64,000 nt of DNA from an uncultured virus (IMG/VR IMGVR_UViG_3300025674_000026) (Duplodnaviria > Heunggongvirae > Uroviricota > Caudoviricetes), in IMG/VR virus record IMGVR_UViG_3300025674_000026, one strand, 5' to 3'. The stretch's first letter is position 1; each line of letters opens with the position of its first letter. Positions 57,262-64,000 of the stretch are shown piece by piece. The notes beneath the pieces are model-generated. The model saw nothing but the letters and a program-made list of their open reading frames with translations, searched no databases and had not been told where the DNA came from. The translations under genes and the position numbers were made by a program.

Positions 57262-57319
57262 CGGATGCCTTCGGGGTCCACAAAACACAAACTCGCTTTT
57301 AAAGGAGCTAAAATAAATG
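57262..57319 (+). promoter_or_regulatory. Structured hsp20 5'UTR, ROSE-like RNA thermometer candidate
   Basis: TATAAT at 57250; C(UUCG)G hairpin at 57263-57279; UCGCU (57293-57297) can pair with the SD AGGAG (57303-57307), leaving a bulged G. Confidence 0.6.
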
Positions 57320-57751
57320 GGTAACCTTCAACGCTATGTAGCGTCTGATCTTGGTAAGCTTATGGACCAGATCAATCGTAACGCTATTGGAATGGACGGA
57401 TACTTTGATCGTCTATTCGATTTGCATGAAACAACGCAGAACTATCCTCCGTATAATCTAGTACAGGTAAGTAATGTAGAGTCTAGACTTGAAATTGCAC
57501 TTGCTGGATTTAAGAAGGATCAAGTTCATGTGTATACAGAATTTGGGAAACTGTTCATCGAAGGACAACGAGAAGATGGAGAATCCCAAAACACCTATGC
57601 CCATCGAGGCATTGCTCAAAGATCTTTCACTCGCAGTTGGACACTCTCTGATGATACTGAAGTGAGAAACGTAACCTTTGAGGATGGGCTATTGACGATT
57701 GAACTAGGTAAAGTAGTACCAGAACATCATGCTAGAAAAGACTGGTTCTAA
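57317..57751 (+). CDS. hsp20: Small heat shock protein Hsp20
   Basis: NYPPYNL...LEIALAGF...HRGIAQRSFTRSW...FEDGLLTI. Confidence 0.94.
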   Translation: MGNLQRYVASDLGKLMDQINRNAIGMDGYFDRLFDLHETTQNYPPYNLVQVSNVESRLEIALAGFKKDQVHVYTEFGKLFIEGQREDGESQNTYAHRGIAQRSFTRSWTLSDDTEVRNVTFEDGLLTIELGKVVPEHHARKDWF

Positions 57752-57780
57752 ATAATTAGGAATATCGTCGTCGCTGCGCC

Positions 57781-57820
57781 GAGGGGTAACTGGCAAAATC
57801 CAGTAACACCCCTCTTTTTT
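57781..57820 (+). terminator. Extended hairpin terminator (possible small RNA 3' end)
   Basis: GAGGGGT/ACCCCTC outer stem, ACTGG/CCAGT inner stem and T6 tail; CTAAATA at 57748. Confidence 0.65.
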
Positions 57821-57946
57821 ATGAGTAGAAATACGGATTTACAATCTCTTTGGGATCATGTATATTGCTGGCATGTTTTGGAGATAACCATGTAACAAAA
57901 CCTCTATTTGTTATGAGTACACTGTACACTTTAATTCGGAGGTAGT

Positions 57947-58129
57947 ATGCACAATCTAATCTCGTATAATCAGTTAGATGAGTGGAGGCATTTTGAAGAT
58001 ACAATTGATGATCTAGAAACTGAACTTGACTTAATTAACGATTATTATGAGTGTCTGATTGAATGTAGTGATGATCAGCCTACATGTAAACGAATTTGTA
58101 GGAGAATACTGTCAGACGGTTATTGGTAA
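57947..58129 (+). CDS. Small acidic protein with C-x3-C-x6-C-x3-C motif
   Basis: GGAGG RBS; MHNLISYNQL...YYECLIECSDDQPTCKRICRR. Confidence 0.7.
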   Translation: MHNLISYNQLDEWRHFEDTIDDLETELDLINDYYECLIECSDDQPTCKRICRRILSDGYW

Positions 58130-58135
58130 AGCATT

Positions 58136-58171
58136 GGGGGGCTTGACGCCCCCTATTTTTATTGGTATGAT
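58136..58171 (+). promoter_or_regulatory. Terminator hairpin with embedded sigma70 promoter for the DNA polymerase operon
   Basis: GGGGGC-ttgac-GCCCCC stem followed by TATTTTT; TTGACG (58143)-17 nt-TATGAT (58166). Confidence 0.65.
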
Positions 58172-58191
58172 GAAGTGTGCTCAAAAATATT

Positions 58192-58512
58192 ATGTCTGTC
58201 AAACTAGTTCTTTTAAAGTCTAACGAAGAAGTTATTGCCGACGTGCAAGAATTGGTGGATGAAAACGATAAAGTACTTTTTCTTGTACTCACTAATCCAT
58301 TCACATGTAAGTTAGTTGAGGCACCAGAAATGCTTATGGAAGGTACTGAATCGTCGGAACCTAGATATAGTGTTCAGTTTTTCCCATGGATGCCACTGTC
58401 TAAAGACAAGAGGATCTCCATTGATCCATCATGGGCAGTTACTATTGTAGAACCAACTGAAATGGTCAAAGAATCTTATGAGGCTAGGATGAATGGAACA
58501 ACAGGAAATTAA
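58192..58512 (+). CDS. Sm-like domain protein
   Basis: VKLVLLKSNEEVIADV...TNPF...FFPW...AVTIVEP; ATG at 58192. Confidence 0.65.
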   Translation: MSVKLVLLKSNEEVIADVQELVDENDKVLFLVLTNPFTCKLVEAPEMLMEGTESSEPRYSVQFFPWMPLSKDKRISIDPSWAVTIVEPTEMVKESYEARMNGTTGN

Positions 58513-58786
58513 TGTACAGTGTATTATTCTGACTAACGATGAAGTTATCATCAGTCAGATTGAAGAAGTGATTGCAGAACTTGGTGAACCAAACTGTAGA
58601 TTGACTTCTCCTTATAAGATTCTTGGACGACATGAAACGGATGCTCCAGTTGAGGAAAGATTTGTTCCATGGCTGGCTGATTTTACTGATGACCGTGTTA
58701 TAATGTTGTCATCGGACAAGATCCTTACTCTTGTCGAACCACACAAAAAACTTGTTGACTACTACTTGAAACTTGCCACAACATGA
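58493..58786 (+). CDS. Sm-like domain protein
   Basis: IILTNDEVIISQI...SPY...FVPW...ILTLVEP. Confidence 0.6.
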   Translation: MEQQEINVQCIILTNDEVIISQIEEVIAELGEPNCRLTSPYKILGRHETDAPVEERFVPWLADFTDDRVIMLSSDKILTLVEPHKKLVDYYLKLATT

Positions 58787-61287
58787 GGTTTTACACCAAC
58801 GTCTTTCAGATTGGAAACGATATCCTTGTGAGGGGATATGAAAATGGAAGACACTTTAGTAATAGGGAAGAGTTCTATCCCACTTTCTATGTTCCCAGTA
58901 AAAGTAAAAAGTCAGGATGGAAGACTCTTGATGGCATTGATGTAGAACCCGTAAACCCTGGTACAATCCGAGATTGTAGAGAATTCCTGGACAAGTATTC
59001 CTCTGTTCAGGGATTTTCTGTATTTGGGAATGAGAGGTATGTCCACCAGTATATCTCTGAAAAGTATCCTGAGGATGAAATTAAGTTTGATGCCAACCGC
59101 ATTAAACTCTTCACGATTGACATTGAGGTTGCAGCCGAAAGCGGATTCCCCGATGTGTTTAACTGTGCAGAAGAGTTGCTTCTGATCACTATTCAGGATT
59201 ACTCTACAAAACAAGTTATTACTTTTGGTTCTCGTCCGTATGCAAATACGGATCGTGATAACTTTAAGTACGTTAAGTGTGGTTCTGAAACTGAACTGAT
59301 CATGACCTTCTTGGATTGGTGGCAATCCAATACTCCAGAAGTTATCACTGGTTGGAACTGTGAACTGTACGATATTCCATACCTTGTGGGTCGTGTGGAA
59401 CGTCTTATGGGAGAAAAGACTGCTAAGAAGTTTTCTCCATGGGGTATCGTTCGTAAGAATGATATTGTTATTTCTGGTCGTAAGCAGATCTCATATGAAC
59501 TTGCAGGTATCTCTGTAATCGATTACCTTGACCTGTATAAGAAATCCCCTGCAACTCCTAACCAAGAGAGTTATCGACTGGATCACATCGCTAATGTAGA
59601 ACTTGGTGCTCGTAAGTTGGATCACTCGGAGTACGATACTTTCCGAGAGTTCTACACTAAAGCGTGGGATAAGTTCGTTGACTATAACATCGTTGACGTG
59701 GAACTGGTTGACAAACTTGAGGATAAGCTTAAGTTGATTGACTTGTGCTTCACCCGTGCTTATGATGCTAAGGTGAACTTCAGTGACATCGCCTATCAGG
59801 TTCGTACCTGGGACGCTATCATTTATAATTATCTCAAGAAACAGAAGATTGTAATTCCACAAAAGGAAAGAAATCAGAAAGATGAGAAGTATGCTGGTGC
59901 TTACGTTAAAGAACCTAAGCCTGGAGTTTATGACTGGGTGGTCAGTTTTGACCTCAACTCCCTATACCCTCACCTCATTATGCAGTACAACATCTCGCCA
60001 GAGACGTTGCTGGAACAGAAGCATCCATCTGCAACCGTAGATAAACTTCTGAATCAGGAACTCACTTTTGAGATGTACAGTGATTACGCTGTGTGTGCAA
60101 ACGGTGCGATGTTCCGAAAGGATGTGAAGGGATTCTTGCCAGAACTGATGGAGAAGATGTACAACGAACGTGTCATCTTCAAGAAACGGATGCTCAAGGC
60201 AAAACAAGAGTATGAGAAAACCAAGAACCCAGATCTGATTAAAGAAATCGCAAGGTGTAACAATGTCCAGATGGCTAAGAAGATTGCACTCAACTCTGCT
60301 TATGGTGCAATCGGTAATCAGTATTTCCGTTACTACAAACTGGCCAATGCGGAAGCGATTACGCTTTCTGGTCAAGTCTCTATCCGTTGGATTGAGAATA
60401 AGATAAACCAGAGGATGAACAAGATCCTCAAGACTGAAGGAGTTGATTATGTTATTGCTTCTGACACCGATTCCATTTATCTTCATATGGGTCCTTTGGT
60501 TGAAGCTGTATACAAAGGAAGAGAGAAAACTACTGAAGGCATTGTTTCGTTCCTTAACAAGATCTGTGAAGTGGAACTTGAGCCGTATATTGACCGTTCT
60601 TACCAAGAATTGGCCAACTACGTAAATGCTTATGACCAAAAGATGCAGATGAAGCGAGAGAATATCGCTGATCGTGGCATCTGGACTGCTAAGAAACGTT
60701 ACATCCTGAATGTCTGGGACAGTGAGGGTGTCCGATATAATGAACCCAAACTAAAGATCATGGGTATTGAGGCAATCAAAACTTCAACTCCTGCACCATG
60801 TCGTAAGTTTTTGAAAGATGCTTTCAAACTTCTGATGTCTGGTACGGAAGATGAGATGATTGATTACATTGAAGGTTGTCGTAAGGAGTTTTTCTCAATG
60901 CCTCCACAGGACATTGCTTTCCCCCGTAGTGTTTCTGATATCAATAAGTGGAAATCTTCTGCAGATATGTACAATAAAGGATGTCCAATTCACGTTCGTG
61001 GTGCCATTCTCTATAATTATTGGACCAAACAAAAACAACTAGATAATAAGTACCAAGCAATTCAAAGTGGGGAGAAGATCAAGTTCTGTTACTTGAAAAC
61101 TCCCAATCCAATCAGGGAAAATGTGATGTCTTTCATCCAAGACTTTCCAAAAGAACTTGGACTGGACAAGTATATTGATTATGATTTGCAGTTCAACAAA
61201 TCATTCATTGAACCTATTAGGGTTATTCTTGATTGTATTGGATGGGAAATTGAGCGTAAGAACACTTTGGAGTCTTTCTTTGTATGA
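58783..61287 (+). CDS. gp43: Family B DNA polymerase gp43
   Basis: DIEV exonuclease motif, SFDLNSLYPH, KIALNSAYG, SDTDS, KKRY; uninterrupted. Confidence 0.98.
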   Translation: MRFYTNVFQIGNDILVRGYENGRHFSNREEFYPTFYVPSKSKKSGWKTLDGIDVEPVNPGTIRDCREFLDKYSSVQGFSVFGNERYVHQYISEKYPEDEIKFDANRIKLFTIDIEVAAESGFPDVFNCAEELLLITIQDYSTKQVITFGSRPYANTDRDNFKYVKCGSETELIMTFLDWWQSNTPEVITGWNCELYDIPYLVGRVERLMGEKTAKKFSPWGIVRKNDIVISGRKQISYELAGISVIDYLDLYKKSPATPNQESYRLDHIANVELGARKLDHSEYDTFREFYTKAWDKFVDYNIVDVELVDKLEDKLKLIDLCFTRAYDAKVNFSDIAYQVRTWDAIIYNYLKKQKIVIPQKERNQKDEKYAGAYVKEPKPGVYDWVVSFDLNSLYPHLIMQYNISPETLLEQKHPSATVDKLLNQELTFEMYSDYAVCANGAMFRKDVKGFLPELMEKMYNERVIFKKRMLKAKQEYEKTKNPDLIKEIARCNNVQMAKKIALNSAYGAIGNQYFRYYKLANAEAITLSGQVSIRWIENKINQRMNKILKTEGVDYVIASDTDSIYLHMGPLVEAVYKGREKTTEGIVSFLNKICEVELEPYIDRSYQELANYVNAYDQKMQMKRENIADRGIWTAKKRYILNVWDSEGVRYNEPKLKIMGIEAIKTSTPAPCRKFLKDAFKLLMSGTEDEMIDYIEGCRKEFFSMPPQDIAFPRSVSDINKWKSSADMYNKGCPIHVRGAILYNYWTKQKQLDNKYQAIQSGEKIKFCYLKTPNPIRENVMSFIQDFPKELGLDKYIDYDLQFNKSFIEPIRVILDCIGWEIERKNTLESFFV

Positions 61288-61445
61288 TTAGGTATTGTGT
61301 TTCTTGGTCTGATAATGGTTTCTTTCGTGAAGATGATGTGAAAATCTTTGAAGATTATGAGACCGCTAGGTGGTTTCTTAAAGACGTAAAGACAAAGGGG
61401 TATGCTTATGTTAGAATGTATGAAGCGGAGGTAGATTATCGATGA
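61284..61445 (+). CDS. Small hypothetical protein (53 aa, below the ORF-track cutoff)
   Basis: MIRYCVSWSDNGFFREDDVKIFEDYETARWFLK...; ATGA overlaps with both gp43 and the next gene. Confidence 0.65.
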   Translation: MIRYCVSWSDNGFFREDDVKIFEDYETARWFLKDVKTKGYAYVRMYEAEVDYR

Positions 61446-61900
61446 AAAGAATCATTACATTGGTCACTGGCGGTTTCGATCCCATTCACAGTGGCCATAT
61501 TGCATACTTCAAAAAAGCCAGAGACCTAACAAACTACCTTGTCGTTGGTTTGAATACTAACGAGTGGTTGAAGGATAAGAAGGGACAGTATTTCCAAGAC
61601 TGGAAAGAACGTGCTGAGATCATTCGCCATTTGCAAATGGTGGATGCAGTTATTACAGTTCCCTATGATGAGAAGGGATCTGCTTGCGGAGCTATTGAGT
61701 CCTGTCTAGAAATCGCACAGACTGTAGTCTTTGCTAACGGTGGAGATAGAGGTAAAGACAATACTCCAGAGGTCGATATGTATGGAGATAATCCTAGAGT
61801 TGAGTTTGAATATGGTATTGGTGGCACCGATAAATTGAACAGCAGCTCTTGGTTACTCCACGATTACTTTAATAGACAGAGAAAAATTCTTGGCATATGA
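61442..61900 (+). CDS. Cytidylyltransferase-like nucleotidyltransferase
   Basis: TGGFDPIHSGH (HxGH), VVGLN, FANGGDR, NSSS. Confidence 0.85.
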   Translation: MKRIITLVTGGFDPIHSGHIAYFKKARDLTNYLVVGLNTNEWLKDKKGQYFQDWKERAEIIRHLQMVDAVITVPYDEKGSACGAIESCLEIAQTVVFANGGDRGKDNTPEVDMYGDNPRVEFEYGIGGTDKLNSSSWLLHDYFNRQRKILGI

Positions 61901-62559
61901 GTGATCTTGATTTAGTTTGGGAACCTTTAGAACTTCCCAATATTGAGTTATATCAAACTAAACTTTCCGAAGATGTTATGGAGTATCTTTGGAAGAGAAT
62001 TGAAATAGCAAAGGAAGTGAACATTGACTGGAGAGATAGACTCGCTGGTCAAATTTCTTGCAGCTTACATCTGCAGGATAAAGATGATTATTTCATGGAT
62101 ACGGTTTTATTTCCTATCGCTAAACATATGATTGATGGCCATCGAGCAGCGTTTGGTCCGCAATTTCATCATAGTTTTGATGAGGAAAAATTTCAAATCA
62201 GAACAGACATGACCTGGTGGGTAAACTTCCAAAAACAATTGGAGTTTAATCCACAACACATTCACTCTGGTATTTTATCATTCGTTATCTGGATGAAGAT
62301 TCCTACTGACTGGAGAGAACAACATGAACTTCCTTTCTGTCAAGGCACTGGTGGTCCTGCTGCATCCGATTTTCAGTTTCTCTATACTGATATCATAGGT
62401 AATCATCAGGATTATACTATTAATATGGATAAAAGTAAGGAAGGAACTATGGTTGTTTTCCCTGCAAAGTTGGGACATGCAGTATTTCCTTTCTATAATT
62501 GCGATGAAGAACGTATCTCCATTGCAGGAAATGTACTTTGGAATGTTGTGCCACGATGA
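61897..62559 (+). CDS. Putative 2OG-Fe(II) oxygenase
   Basis: WVNFQ...FNPQHIH.G.LSFVIW...VFPAKLGHAVFP...RISIAGN. Confidence 0.78.
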   Translation: MSDLDLVWEPLELPNIELYQTKLSEDVMEYLWKRIEIAKEVNIDWRDRLAGQISCSLHLQDKDDYFMDTVLFPIAKHMIDGHRAAFGPQFHHSFDEEKFQIRTDMTWWVNFQKQLEFNPQHIHSGILSFVIWMKIPTDWREQHELPFCQGTGGPAASDFQFLYTDIIGNHQDYTINMDKSKEGTMVVFPAKLGHAVFPFYNCDEERISIAGNVLWNVVPR

Positions 62560-63176
62560 AGTATCAGTTTCTTAATCCTTTTGGTCCAAATATCTTGAAA
62601 CTTAAGTGTCCAGATTACTTATTGTCTGGACTAAATCGATATACTGAGTCTCCAGCGTCAGAAAAATATCGTGTTTCTTCAGATCTCTTGGAAAGAGAGA
62701 TGGATGTTAGGTATCTGACTGAGAGTTTTTGTAAGTCTGTAGGACTCACCGAGTTTGTTGAAGCTGCTGGTGAACTTTATATGGATTTGGTTCCAGAGAA
62801 CATATCTAAATTAGTATTGGGTGTTGTACCTCCTGTAGACACTCGGTTCAAGGCTAGTGAATCTATTGCTGATGTGTGGATCAATAGATATTATTCTGGA
62901 AGTTTCACACCAATTCATGTACACTCTGCCAGCTTGTCTGGTATAATAATATTAAAAGTACCTGATCGTCCTGGTGACCTTAGTTTTATTCATGGAAACT
63001 ATCTTCCTTGGGTTAAGAGTGAGTGGTGCCCAGACCAAGAGGTGGGAGATGTAATTCTATTTCCTAGTTGGCTTCAACATCTAGTTATGCCACAAAATCA
63101 TGATGATGAGAGGAGAACTCTAAGTTTCAATCTTATCGAACCAAAAGTTTATTCTGAACGAAAGGAGATGTTCTAA
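62556..63176 (+). CDS. Putative 2OG-Fe(II) oxygenase
   Basis: WINRY...TPIHVH...LSGII...GDVILFPSWLQHLV...RRTLSFN; ATG at 62556. Confidence 0.78.
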   Translation: MKYQFLNPFGPNILKLKCPDYLLSGLNRYTESPASEKYRVSSDLLEREMDVRYLTESFCKSVGLTEFVEAAGELYMDLVPENISKLVLGVVPPVDTRFKASESIADVWINRYYSGSFTPIHVHSASLSGIIILKVPDRPGDLSFIHGNYLPWVKSEWCPDQEVGDVILFPSWLQHLVMPQNHDDERRTLSFNLIEPKVYSERKEMF

Positions 63177-63179
63177 TCT

Positions 63180-64000
63180 ATGGATTTTTTGAAAGATATT
63201 GCCAAAGAGATTGGTGGTGAGTATACACAACTCGCAGCAGACATTGATGAAAATGAGGAGTATGTTGACACGGGTTCGTACATTTTTAATGCACTGGTTT
63301 CAGGTAGCATATTTGGTGGTGTATCTCGCAATAAGATTACTGCTATTGCTGGAGAGTCTTCTACTGGAAAGACTTTCTTTTCTCTCGCTGTGGTTAAGAA
63401 TTTTCTTGATTCTAACCCCGATGGTTATTGTCTCTACTTTGATACTGAGGCCGCTATTAATAAATCCTTACTTGAGTCTAGGGGTATTGACCTCACTCGG
63501 TTAGTTGTAGTTAATGTTGTTACAGTTGAAGAATTTAGAGGTAAAGCCTTAAAGGCGGTTGATATATACTTAAAGAAACCTGTAGATGAACGCAAACCTT
63601 GTATGTTTGTGTTAGACTCCTTGGGAATGCTTTCCACTGAGAAGGAGATTACTGACGCACTGAACGACAAACAAGTTCGCGATATGACCAAATCACAACT
63701 GGTCAAAGGTGCATTCAGAATGTTGACTTTGAAACTGGGACAGGCAAACATTCCCATGATTGTCACTAACCACACCTACGATGTCATTGGTGCTTACGTT
63801 CCTACTAAAGAGATGGGCGGTGGTAGCGGTCTTAAGTACGCTGCCTCTACCATCATTCATCTTGGCAAGAAAAAAGAAAAGGATGGAACAGAAGTCATTG
63901 GAAACATTATCAAGGCAAAGACTGCTAAGTCGCGTTTGAGTAAAGAAGAGAAGGTTGTTGAGATTCGTTTGTTCTATGATGAACGGGGTCTTGATAGATA
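63180..64000 (+). CDS. uvsX: RecA-like recombinase UvsX, 3' truncated
   Basis: Hand translation gives [12 protein letters not shown]...[14 protein letters not shown]...[11 protein letters not shown]...YFDTE...VLDSLGML...MGGGSGLKY; it follows gp43 as in T4-like cyanophages. Confidence 0.93.
   Translation, partial: MDFLKDIAKEIGGEYTQLAADIDENEEYVDTGSYIFNALVSGSIFGGVSRNKITAIAGESSTGKTFFSLAVVKNFLDSNPDGYCLYFDTEAAINKSLLESRGIDLTRLVVVNVVTVEEFRGKALKAVDIYLKKPVDERKPCMFVLDSLGMLSTEKEITDALNDKQVRDMTKSQLVKGAFRMLTLKLGQANIPMIVTNHTYDVIGAYVPTKEMGGGSGLKYAASTIIHLGKKKEKDGTEVIGNIIKAKTAKSRLSKEEKVVEIRLFYDERGLDR

Noticed and set aside
57821..57895. 24-codon ORF (MSRNTDLQ...) after the hsp20 terminator
   Set aside because: No RBS, and it starts immediately after the terminator U tract.
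63199..63504. 101 aa ORF listed in the track
   Set aside because: Out-of-frame shadow of uvsX, which starts at 63180 and runs off the window.

Overview
This 64 kb window comes from a large T4-like (Kyanoviridae-type) marine cyanomyophage; the assignment rests on the T4 core gene order plus pebS, cobS, hsp20 and speD. Almost everything is on the + strand. Bases 1-12.5 kb hold a fibre/adhesin module: a 5'-truncated ORF of more than 1476 aa with beta-repeats, an Mtd_N-like protein, a 1264 aa fibre, three tandem paralogues that are about 10% Cys and Gly-rich, and a tail-assembly chaperone. Bases 12.5-23.2 kb hold a tightly coupled enzyme island: a GT9 heptosyltransferase-like protein, ADP-heptose enzymes (HldA-like, HldC-like, HAD phosphatase, HldD, and a cupin but no GmhA), two carbamoyltransferases, a flavin-dependent halogenase and four 2OG-Fe(II) oxygenases. 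Bases 23.2-40.1 kb hold the head/neck/tail core (gp13-gp23, gp3). Bases 40.1-64 kb hold uvsY, uvsW, gp55, gp47, gp46, a second halogenase, a VWA/CobS pair, pebS, gp45, a DenV-like gene, speD, gp44, a DruA-like gene, gp62, regA, hsp20, gp43 and a partial uvsX. The best candidate for a new system is the enzyme island, read as a late-expressed heptosylation/carbamoylation/halogenation pathway placed directly behind the adhesins it may modify. All calls come from motif recognition by eye and no database searches were run. I saw no tRNA, CRISPR array or intron.
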